Positions 17,979 to 25,747 of a stretch of DNA of 25,747 nt are shown piece by piece. Position numbers and translations under genes: made by a program. Where the stretch lies: positions 1-25,747 of IMG/VR virus record IMGVR_UViG_3300017913_000448. One strand, given 5' to 3'. This stretch comes from a virus. Taxonomy: Duplodnaviria; Caudoviricetes. Each line of letters opens with the position of its first letter. Positions within the stretch are counted from its first letter, which is position 1. The notes under the pieces are model-generated. The model saw only the letters and a list, made by a program, of their open reading frames with translations. It was not told the DNA's origin and did not search any database.

Positions 17979-18662
17979 TTATTTTATTGCGATAGCACCG
18001 ACAAAGAGATGATTTTGCCAGAATGTCTGAACACTTTCAAATCCTGCAACTTCTAACATTGTGTTCAACTCTGACCAAGTGTTTGGTTTCAACAGATTTC
18101 TCAATGTCTGTTCTTTGTCCATAATATCTTTTGCTTCGAAATTTTCACGTTTGAAATCGTAGTACATGAATGTCAGCATGTCCTGAACTTTTGGACTACA
18201 TGAATATGTCTTCTCTGCAAAGATGAAAGCACCACCTGGGTTCAATGCGTCATAGACATTATTCAGAACATCTTGTCTATCTTTGCGTGGCATGAACTGT
18301 AGTGTAAAGATAGAGGTGATAAGAGATGCGTTTTCCATCCATGCATCACGCACATCTTTCTGTACTAGTTCAAGATTGTCTTTGACATAATCTGCCATAC
18401 GCTTACGCATATCATTGACAAATCCATCTGCATACTCATAGCCATAGTAATTACAGTGAGGTGCAAATTCTCTGTTTTGGTCAATCATCGCCGCAAGCGT
18501 TTTACCTGTCGAACAACCTAAGTCATAAACATTCGTATCATCTTCAACGAAATACCGAGACATTTTCACAATGTCATCATGTAGTGTAGAGTAACCTCTA
18601 ATTGATTGGTCGATATGATTATCGAAACCCTCATCACGGTGTGCAAATGTAAAATCAGCCAT
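17979..18662 (-). CDS. cmoA: Carboxy-S-adenosyl-L-methionine synthase-like protein
   Basis: VYDLGCSTG, ENASL, FTLQF, LNPGGA..AEK, DFKR, AGFE..FWQ all track E. coli CmoA as I recall it. Confidence 0.85.
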   Translation of the reverse strand: MADFTFAHRDEGFDNHIDQSIRGYSTLHDDIVKMSRYFVEDDTNVYDLGCSTGKTLAAMIDQNREFAPHCNYYGYEYADGFVNDMRKRMADYVKDNLELVQKDVRDAWMENASLITSIFTLQFMPRKDRQDVLNNVYDALNPGGAFIFAEKTYSCSPKVQDMLTFMYYDFKRENFEAKDIMDKEQTLRNLLKPNTWSELNTMLEVAGFESVQTFWQNHLFVGAIAIK

Positions 18663-19797
18663 TGTTAAAACCTTTCAATACGTTTTCGTATATTGAACCT
18701 GCTACTGCTTTGTACATCAAAGGAGCAACGGCTCGCCCTAGTCGTTCAACCTGTTGGTCAAACTCACCTGTCAATTTATAATCTTCTGGAAAGCCCATCA
18801 AACGGATGCATTCTTTCACTGTCAGTTTTCTATTTTCAGAAGGATGAAAAACTCCACTCATTCCTCTCTTCTGACCTTGTTGTGTAAGGGTCGGGCTTGG
18901 CAGATGCGGTGCTGGTCTAATCATATTAAAACAAGATGCTTTCGGGTTCCAAGAACGGAACTGTGGGTCACTCGGTTTTGTATGTTTCTTAGGGTTAAAG
19001 GGAAGTGGCTCTAAGAACTTCTTCTGAAAAGAATTTTGTACAAAATCAAGGAGCATCTCGACCTCTTTCGGGTCGTTTTCAATATCAGCAATGGCATCGC
19101 CAAGCCCTATATGAGCCTCCACTGTTCTCTTTGGAAAGAGTGAGTGAAGGTTCAAAAATGATAGACCAACAGCATCACATACGTCATCACGAACACAGAT
19201 AAAAATCGTTCTCTCTCGTGCTTGAGGTACTCCGTAATCTGCGGCATTCAATACTTCGTATGTGACGCTGTAGCCTATCTTTTCAAACTCATTGACGAAT
19301 GCATTCAACTTTCCTCGTGCTTCACCAAACGTAATTCCTTTTACGTTCTCTGCTACGATTACTTTCGGTTGAACTTCTTCAGCAATGCGAATGAATTCAT
19401 AAAACAAGTCTTCGATTGCGACTTGCATTTTTCCGTCCGAATATGACTTCTCTTTGCCCCATCCCTTTTCTCGCTTTCCTGCAACTGAGAAAGCACTGCA
19501 AGGAGGTGAGCCGTCAAGTATGTCGAGTTCGCCCTTGGCAACTCCCGCCATATCAAGGAAATCTTGTCCTGTGTACTGTTTGATATCATCGACTAATACC
19601 TTTGTATCAGGGAAGTTAGCAGTATAAGTTTCAACTGCCGCCTCAACAAACTCATTGATTAGAAGAATATTACCACCAGCAAGACGATAGCCTGTAGAAC
19701 TACCACCGCCGCCAGCAAAGCAACTAATCGCCGTAAACTTTTTTGCTTCCGATGCTCTTCTAACATCATCGACATAATATTTTTCATATCTCATCAT
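18655..19797 (-). CDS. C5-cytosine DNA methyltransferase homolog, predicted carboxymethyltransferase
   Basis: Motif I FAGGGG, IV GSPPCSAFS, VI ENVKG, VIII QARER, IX RLMGFP, X LGRAV (N to R). Confidence 0.9.
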   Translation of the reverse strand: MMRYEKYYVDDVRRASEAKKFTAISCFAGGGGSSTGYRLAGGNILLINEFVEAAVETYTANFPDTKVLVDDIKQYTGQDFLDMAGVAKGELDILDGSPPCSAFSVAGKREKGWGKEKSYSDGKMQVAIEDLFYEFIRIAEEVQPKVIVAENVKGITFGEARGKLNAFVNEFEKIGYSVTYEVLNAADYGVPQARERTIFICVRDDVCDAVGLSFLNLHSLFPKRTVEAHIGLGDAIADIENDPKEVEMLLDFVQNSFQKKFLEPLPFNPKKHTKPSDPQFRSWNPKASCFNMIRPAPHLPSPTLTQQGQKRGMSGVFHPSENRKLTVKECIRLMGFPEDYKLTGEFDQQVERLGRAVAPLMYKAVAGSIYENVLKGFNNG

Positions 19798-19799
19798 AT

Positions 19800-19845
19800 C
19801 ACTTTTCTGCGGTTATTTTGTCCATACTAACACACTTTTCTGCGG
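19800..19845. repeat. 13-bp direct repeat CACTTTTCTGCGG x2
   Basis: Copies at 19800-19812 and 19833-19845. Confidence 0.85.
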
Positions 19846-19852
19846 ATGTCAA
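19824..19852 (-). promoter_or_regulatory. Sigma70-type promoter TTGACA-17-TAGTAT upstream of the MTase-cmoA pair
   Basis: Minus strand TTGACATCCGCAGAAAAGTGTGTTAGTAT; the -35 overlaps the upstream TGA stop. Confidence 0.7.
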
Positions 19853-20655
19853 GCAAAAAGTTGATTATCTATATCAATCCAGTCACGAACCAAATCCATA
19901 GTTCGAATTCTGTTTTTGTAATTCAATTCTTTATCTTCTAATAGCGTTTCAAAATGTTCTGGAATACCTGCGACAAGTTGAAGATTTGCGTGTCTACGTC
20001 TCTTAGGCATTTGCTTAAATTCTGGGTAGTCATTTACAATAGGTGCTTTCTGAAAAGGTTTATTAAAGAAATCCCAGTCGTGTTCCATCATATAATTTGC
20101 AACAGAACAACGAACATAAGGTGCAACTAGATTTGCTTCAATCTCTTCTGCAAGTTGCTCTTGCTGTCGAATACCTGCGGGATTCTCTGCACCAAAGTAT
20201 TGAGTACGAAACTCATCGAATAATTCTTTTGTATGTTTGTAATGCATATTCGCTTTCTTCGATACGCCATACCAACCATCTGCGGCAACGCCTGACAGAA
20301 CGTGCTTCTCTTTGATTTTTGGGTAGACATAGAGAAATGGAAATGTGCATTCAACATGTGTCTTTTTCTTGCAATCGTAATATCTCATTAGGCGCAAGAA
20401 ATCATCTTTCAAATTGTTGACAGGAACATCAATCTCGTGATGGTCCCAACCGTAAATCTCTGCGGCTGTTCTAGCCGTTAGATTGTCATCATTGTCAACA
20501 CCGTTGACTTTCATCGTGTATGTGTGAACTTTCTTACCTAATCTCATTGCTGAGAAAGCACAGGTCATGCTATCGATACCGCCAGACATAAGCACAGCAA
20601 CATCGTCAGATGGTGCTTCGTTGCGAATGATTTCTGTAATAATATTTGCAATCAT
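19849..20655 (-). CDS. Asparagine-synthetase-like (PP-loop) ATP-dependent amide ligase lacking a glutaminase domain
   Basis: LMSGGIDS PP-loop, VLSGVAADGWYG (compare AsnB LSGEGADE.FGG), APY. Confidence 0.8.
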   Translation of the reverse strand: MIANIITEIIRNEAPSDDVAVLMSGGIDSMTCAFSAMRLGKKVHTYTMKVNGVDNDDNLTARTAAEIYGWDHHEIDVPVNNLKDDFLRLMRYYDCKKKTHVECTFPFLYVYPKIKEKHVLSGVAADGWYGVSKKANMHYKHTKELFDEFRTQYFGAENPAGIRQQEQLAEEIEANLVAPYVRCSVANYMMEHDWDFFNKPFQKAPIVNDYPEFKQMPKRRRHANLQLVAGIPEHFETLLEDKELNYKNRIRTMDLVRDWIDIDNQLFA

Positions 20656-21083
20656 ATCTTCTCAACTTTCAGACCACACTTTTCTAAAAAGTCAATTCCG
20701 TCTCTACTTCTATATCCATTTTTATAGTAAACTGCACCGATGCCCGATTGATATATCAACTTAGCACAATCAATACAGGGTGCATGAGTTACAAAAAGCG
20801 TAGCATCTTTACCACTCTCTGAACTAGATGCTAGTTTTGCAATCGCATTGGTTTCTGCATGTAACACTTCTGGTTTAGATTTATACAACAATGAACCAAC
20901 TTCATCTTGTCCAACTACATCTTCACAGTTATTATCCCAACCGCTAGGCATACCATTATATCCAATCGATATAATTCTGTTATCTTTCACAATCACACAA
21001 CCGACCTGTAGCCTCTTAGCAGATGATAATTCTGCATAGACTTCTGCTACCTTCATGTGTGCGATTATGAACTTTTGTTTCAT
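20652..21083 (-). CDS. cd: dCMP deaminase
   Basis: GYNG, HAETNAI, PCIDC zinc motifs. Confidence 0.92.
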   Translation of the reverse strand: MKQKFIIAHMKVAEVYAELSSAKRLQVGCVIVKDNRIISIGYNGMPSGWDNNCEDVVGQDEVGSLLYKSKPEVLHAETNAIAKLASSSESGKDATLFVTHAPCIDCAKLIYQSGIGAVYYKNGYRSRDGIDFLEKCGLKVEKI

Positions 21084-21460
21084 ACAGGAACGCCTTCAAC
21101 TCGACCTGAGATATAGTCACGAACTACTACTGCCCAATCATTTGTATATTCGACTTCCCAATCTGGTGCAGGATATTGTGCATTTTTTTTTTTTTTTGCA
21201 TCACGAAACTCTGGGCAAACCCAATACATTTGATAATCTTCTTGTTCGTTCATATATGAGATTTCATATACTCTTTGGTCAAATGAACTGAAGACAATTG
21301 AGAAGTTACCTTCCCAGTCCAGATATCGACCCATTGGATAAACATCACGCCAGCCATGTTCTTCACCACCTGTAATATTGTATCCTACTTGTTCAAACAC
21401 ATCTTTCACTTTTGGGTGTTGTGTGTCTTTGTTACTAACAGCCATTGTTTTCATCCTCAA
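21080..21460 (-). CDS. Hypothetical phage protein containing an A15 run; start possibly at MAVSNK
   Basis: 126 aa ORF coupled to cd by ATGA overlap. Confidence 0.7.
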   Translation of the reverse strand: MRMKTMAVSNKDTQHPKVKDVFEQVGYNITGGEEHGWRDVYPMGRYLDWEGNFSIVFSSFDQRVYEISYMNEQEDYQMYWVCPEFRDAKKKKNAQYPAPDWEVEYTNDWAVVVRDYISGRVEGVPV

Positions 21461-21794
21461 AATTAAATTCTATTTGTTCTTCTCCGGGTTGTTCTAGTGC
21501 ATTAGCAATTCCATCTTGAATTGCTTTCAGAACACCAATCTGAAAGTACCCTTGCGCTTCTTGGTCAGATAAATCAACAGTTTTTGTCGCTGGACTACTC
21601 ATACCTTTGTCAACCCAATCATCCCATTCATCTTTTCTGACAACAACATACTTTTCTTCTAATTCTTCAAGTGCAACTCTTATACCTTGTCGAATAAACA
21701 AAGAAGTCATCTCTTCATTCATTTCAAAGTGTACGATGGCACCACCGTCTTCTTGGTCTACTACATCCAAAACCTGAATTGATTCCTTATCCAT
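21435..21794 (-). CDS. Hypothetical acidic protein
   Basis: 119 aa ORF, TAATG-coupled to the gp46 stop. Confidence 0.75.
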   Translation of the reverse strand: MDKESIQVLDVVDQEDGGAIVHFEMNEEMTSLFIRQGIRVALEELEEKYVVVRKDEWDDWVDKGMSSPATKTVDLSDQEAQGYFQIGVLKAIQDGIANALEQPGEEQIEFNFEDENNGC

Positions 21795-23500
21795 TATGCA
21801 ATCCTCGAATAATTTTTAACCTTTTCAAATTTGACAACACTATGAAACTTGTCATAGAGTTGGTCACCTTTGTGCGAAATGATGAATACATTTGTATCTG
21901 TATTCAGCGTATTGATGATTTTCAAGAATTCATCCGTACCACCCGTATCAAGTGAGCCATCAAACACTTCATCTAAAATCAACAGATTTGTGTTTACTGA
22001 ATTCTTCATCTTTGCGATTGTGCGCCATGTAAACAATAACGCCAAATCAATTCGCATCTTCTCACCTTCTGAAAATGATGCATATGAGAAATCATCACGG
22101 TAGCGTGAACGAATTGTCTCATTGAAAGTTGCATCTAGTTCAAACTGAACAAAGAAGTCCATTGACGCTAGATACTTGTTCACCAATTTGTTTATGATTG
22201 GCAAATACTGGTTAACAATGCGTGTTTTGATACCTGTATCTTTTAGAAGACCAGACGCAATGTCATACAAATACTTGTCTGATGATAACTTTTCTTTTGC
22301 TTTTTCAAGTGTAGAAACAGTACCATGAAGTTTTTCAAGTTTCGCCTTTTCTTCTTCGATTTTATCACTTTCATCAACAATTCTTTCATTCTGTAGTTTA
22401 GTGATGTACTGTTGTAGACCAGTGATAGAAGATTGCTCTACTCGTACTTTGGTTTGATTGTCCGAGATTTCCGATTGGACCTCTGTAATTTCGGCAAGTC
22501 TGATTGAGACTTCATCGGTCTGCGTTGTGATTTCTTCCAACGCTTTAGTGACTTCCACAATCTTGCCGTCAATGCTGGCAATAGTATCAGTCTTAAAGGC
22601 ATCTTCAATGTGCTGATGACAAGTCGGACAATTATCATTTTCAGTATAGAATTTCTTGTCGTTCTCATGTTTTGTGTTCGTTCTTTTCAACCGACCTCTA
22701 AGGTCGTTGAGTTTAGTTTGTTTTTCTCTGACTTTCTCAAAGTCTGATATATCTCCAGACAACTCTTCAATTCTTGCTCTGAGCCTTTCGATTGTTCCTT
22801 CGTGAAGTTCGATACTCTTTTTCGATTTGTCAATCTCATCGTTGTTGAGTTGAATTTTGGATTCATTGCCTGTCTCCAGAGTTTGTATAAAGTCCTTGAG
22901 AATTTCAATCTTCTCTTGGGCTTTAGAAAGTTGAAAGTCACACTGTTGAGTGTCTTCACGCATTCTCTTCTGCTTGTCTTTAAGCAGGTTGTTCATAGTT
23001 GTAAATATCTCAATATCTAGTAGGTTCTCAATCACCTCTTTTCGTGCAGATGAAGCCAACTGCATGAATGGTGTAAATGTAGCAGAACCAAGAATGACAA
23101 CCTGAGTAAACGATTTGAAGTTCAAACCTAGAATAGTATTTTCAAGAACCAGTTGTTGGTCTTTGATAGCCGCTTTCTGGTCGAGATTTTTTCCGTCCAC
23201 TATGATGTCTAAAACATTGGGTTTTATGCCTCTTCGGACAAGATATTGTCTCCTACCAATTGAGAATTCAACTTCAACAACTGCTTCACGTCCGTTGATG
23301 CTATTCACCAACTGACCTTTTTTGATTTTTCTGAATGGCATTCCAAACAGACCAAATGTCAGTGCATCAAGAATAGTGGATTTACCAGCACCATTCTCAC
23401 CGATAATCAGCGTTGATACACTTCTATCTAGTTGTATTTCTGTCCACGCATTACCAGTTGACAGAAAGTTTTTCCACCTAACATACTTAAATGTAATCAT
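21794..23500 (-). CDS. 46: Recombination endonuclease ATPase subunit (gp46, Rad50/SbcC-like)
   Basis: KNFLSTGN, GENGAGKS, zinc hook CPTC, FSEGE, LILDEVFD, ISH. Confidence 0.96.
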   Translation of the reverse strand: MITFKYVRWKNFLSTGNAWTEIQLDRSVSTLIIGENGAGKSTILDALTFGLFGMPFRKIKKGQLVNSINGREAVVEVEFSIGRRQYLVRRGIKPNVLDIIVDGKNLDQKAAIKDQQLVLENTILGLNFKSFTQVVILGSATFTPFMQLASSARKEVIENLLDIEIFTTMNNLLKDKQKRMREDTQQCDFQLSKAQEKIEILKDFIQTLETGNESKIQLNNDEIDKSKKSIELHEGTIERLRARIEELSGDISDFEKVREKQTKLNDLRGRLKRTNTKHENDKKFYTENDNCPTCHQHIEDAFKTDTIASIDGKIVEVTKALEEITTQTDEVSIRLAEITEVQSEISDNQTKVRVEQSSITGLQQYITKLQNERIVDESDKIEEEKAKLEKLHGTVSTLEKAKEKLSSDKYLYDIASGLLKDTGIKTRIVNQYLPIINKLVNKYLASMDFFVQFELDATFNETIRSRYRDDFSYASFSEGEKMRIDLALLFTWRTIAKMKNSVNTNLLILDEVFDGSLDTGGTDEFLKIINTLNTDTNVFIISHKGDQLYDKFHSVVKFEKVKNYSRIA

Positions 23501-24555
23501 GTATCAGTCGCCTGCAACGCCTCCGAATATAGGTTTCTCATAAGACTATCAAGTTTTTGCTTATCAACATTTACTTCCATTCCTTCGATATACTTCGAAA
23601 GAATAGTCACAGTGTCTTCAGCCTCGTCCACTATATCATCTTCATCGTAACTTGTCAAGTCTACATCTTCAACAATTGTCAGTTGAGACGGGTTATTTTT
23701 GTAGATTGCTTCAATAAACAAGTCAAAGTTATATGGGTTACTCTTCTCCCTTACAACTACTTTCACTTGTTTATTTGCTAGATGTTTGAAATTCTCTGGG
23801 TCAACATTGATGTCTTGTGCATCGTTGTACACAACTTTATGAAACATCTTGTTAGGGTTCTGAATAAACTCTAGTTCTCTCGTTTCTGTATCAAAGATAT
23901 GAAAGCCTCTAGGGTCGTTGTAGTCAGACCATGTAAGTTCATAAGGGTTACCCAGATAATAGATATGACCATTATCAGACTTATGATGATAGTGACCAGT
24001 GAATACCATATCAAATCTATTAAAAATAGAAGCGTCCATTCCGTGGTCGTTTTCATATCCTCGATACATTGCGAAACCGCTGAGTTCAAGGTGTCCCATA
24101 AGGACTTCTGCTTTTGCATTCTGAACAAACTCCATGCTTTGCTGATAGTTCTCTGTGCAAATCCACGGTAGAATTGCAATGTCTAGTCCACCAACATTGA
24201 TAACTGTTGCTTCTGAATATGTAATAATATTGTCATAATCATTCAACAGCAAGTCGGGACTATTTACATCATTCGTATTTTTGAAGTATGTGTCATGGTT
24301 GCCAATGATTGCATGTTGTGTAACACCACGCTCTTTCAGTGGGTCAAACCACATCTTCTTACTACGTTCTAAGGTGTGAAAATTGACATACTTGCGACGG
24401 TCAAATGTATCACCGAGATTAATGATAGTATCAATGCTATGCCTATCGATGTAAGGTATAACAGTATCTTTGTAAAACGCTTCATAGTAATCTAAAAATT
24501 GTACATTGTCGTTTCGGGCACCGAAGTGCTGGTCTGTTATCAACAAAACTTTCAT
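23497..24555 (-). CDS. 47: Recombination endonuclease nuclease subunit (gp47, Mre11/SbcD-like)
   Basis: TDQHFG, LGDTFD, GNHD, GHLE, GHYH. Confidence 0.96.
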   Translation of the reverse strand: MKVLLITDQHFGARNDNVQFLDYYEAFYKDTVIPYIDRHSIDTIINLGDTFDRRKYVNFHTLERSKKMWFDPLKERGVTQHAIIGNHDTYFKNTNDVNSPDLLLNDYDNIITYSEATVINVGGLDIAILPWICTENYQQSMEFVQNAKAEVLMGHLELSGFAMYRGYENDHGMDASIFNRFDMVFTGHYHHKSDNGHIYYLGNPYELTWSDYNDPRGFHIFDTETRELEFIQNPNKMFHKVVYNDAQDINVDPENFKHLANKQVKVVVREKSNPYNFDLFIEAIYKNNPSQLTIVEDVDLTSYDEDDIVDEAEDTVTILSKYIEGMEVNVDKQKLDSLMRNLYSEALQATDT

Positions 24556-25142
24556 TACTTACTCTCTTCATCATTTTCATCATCTGGGTAAAGTGCCGCT
24601 TCCAGCCCTTGTTTCTTTTTACGCTTCTTGCGCTTTTCTTCTTTTGCAGTCTCGTAATCTGAAATGAAACTTTCCATAACTTCATACATTGGACTATCAG
24701 GTGTTAACCCGATATCAAATTCATTATCACCAGATGTAGAATGCTCAACAAGTTCACCAAATAGGTCTTGCTTTTGCATCATCTTGTATTTGATGTAAGT
24801 TTGTCTTTTTTCTTTTTGAATTCTACGCAGGTATGCGTAGTAGATAATTTGTGTGAAATACGCAAACGGATTCTGCGACTTCTCTGGATTGAAGTTGTCG
24901 ATATAAAGAAGACAATTTTCAATTCCGTCTGAAATCATATCATCACGATATGTGTAGTTTATAAAATTGGGTTTATAAGAAAGTCTCTGTGCGATTAGTA
25001 GAAAACATGAGCCGATATAATCGGGTATTTTGGGCTTTGGGTCGCCACATTCTTCTGCCTCTCGAACCGCTGTGCGATAGTCAATCATCGCTTGCAGGAA
25101 CTTCTTATTGTCCACATAATGCTTTGGGTTCTGCTTGCTCAT
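24555..25142 (-). CDS. 55: Late-transcription sigma factor (gp55)
   Basis: HYVDNKKFL, NFINYTYRDDMISDGIENC, NPFAYFTQIIYYAYLRRIQKEK. Confidence 0.96.
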   Translation of the reverse strand: MSKQNPKHYVDNKKFLQAMIDYRTAVREAEECGDPKPKIPDYIGSCFLLIAQRLSYKPNFINYTYRDDMISDGIENCLLYIDNFNPEKSQNPFAYFTQIIYYAYLRRIQKEKRQTYIKYKMMQKQDLFGELVEHSTSGDNEFDIGLTPDSPMYEVMESFISDYETAKEEKRKKRKKKQGLEAALYPDDENDEESK

Positions 25143-25199
25143 TATAATTCCTGTTTCATATTAGTAATATATTCACTTTTTTCGCATAATAATAGTATT

Positions 25200-25228
25200 A
25201 TATTACACCATTTCGATGTATTTGTCAA
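25200..25228 (-). promoter_or_regulatory. Sigma70-type promoter TTGACA-17-TAATAT upstream of gp55
   Basis: Minus strand TTGACAAATACATCGAAATGGTGTAATAT. Confidence 0.72.
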
Positions 25229-25231
25229 CCC

Positions 25232-25657
25232 CTAATGTAGGGTGCCTTTAGCCTTTCTTGTTAACGCTTCGATAACATCAAGGCTTTCTTCTAACTCATC
25301 AACAGTTGCATGAGTGTCTTCCCTCTCTGGTTCTTCACTTGCAAATCCATTGGTGTATTTTATCACAACTTTGTTGTAATAGTCAACCATTTCCTGATTG
25401 ACCTTACTCATTGTGATAATTGTGTCTGTGTATACTTCATGCATGATATCTTTATCACCAAAAGGCATCCAAGGTGACAAAGACAACATTGTGTTGCCTT
25501 CTGGTCTCGGATAGAACTGAACCTCCATAGGGTTACTGAAGTGTACAACATCTCCGTTCTCACTTGGTTCGGAGTACACTGCACTGATTATACTTTCAGA
25601 AGAAACCATTCGAACATTGAATATCTTGAGATGGAAAATGAATATTGCTATAAACAA
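25232..25657 (-). CDS. Conserved hypothetical protein upstream of gp55; N-terminus uncertain
   Basis: NPM...LSPWMPF motif and C-terminal KGTLH; TTG start without RBS, 5' end may be chimeric or truncated. Confidence 0.65.
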   Translation of the reverse strand: MFIAIFIFHLKIFNVRMVSSESIISAVYSEPSENGDVVHFSNPMEVQFYPRPEGNTMLSLSPWMPFGDKDIMHEVYTDTIITMSKVNQEMVDYYNKVVIKYTNGFASEEPEREDTHATVDELEESLDVIEALTRKAKGTLH

Positions 25658-25747
25658 ATTTATTATTATCCGACATTTTATTTATATATAATATAAATAT
25701 AAAAAAACCCCACACAAATATTTATCATACATATTTAAAAAAAATAT

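Noticed and set aside
18655-19797. Methyltransferase as part of a type II restriction-modification system
   Set aside because: No endonuclease nearby; neighbours and the GRAV motif point to modification chemistry
19849-20655. QueC / 7-deazaguanine pathway
   Set aside because: Shares SGGxDS but lacks the C-terminal zinc-binding Cys cluster of QueC; no folE, queD, queE or dpdA in the window
1-25747. CRISPR arrays, IS elements, integrase, tRNAs
   Set aside because: No regularly spaced repeats, transposase or integrase motifs, or cloverleafs seen

Overview
This window is the DNA replication/recombination module of a T4-like myovirus. All credible genes are on the - strand, in the order gp55-gp47-gp46-[insert]-gp45-gp44-gp62-regA-dUTPase-hsp20-GH19 lysin-ferredoxin-gp43-uvsX-gp41. 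The host is probably an aquatic (alpha)proteobacterium, inferred from the adrenodoxin-type ferredoxin and the ROSE-like hsp20 leader. The insert between gp46 and gp45 holds the most notable system, a three-gene cassette: an Asn-synthetase-like ATP-dependent amide ligase, a C5-cytosine methyltransferase whose motif X Asn is replaced by Arg (GRAV), and a CmoA-like carboxy-SAM synthase. Together these point to post-replicative 5-carboxymethylcytosine, and possibly amidated, DNA hypermodification. A second highlight is a free-standing non-coding transcription unit of about 220 nt (744-521). It has a perfect T4 late promoter, a multi-stem fold with a 7-bp kissing-loop pair, and an intrinsic terminator. 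Family calls come from motif recognition by eye; no database searches were run.
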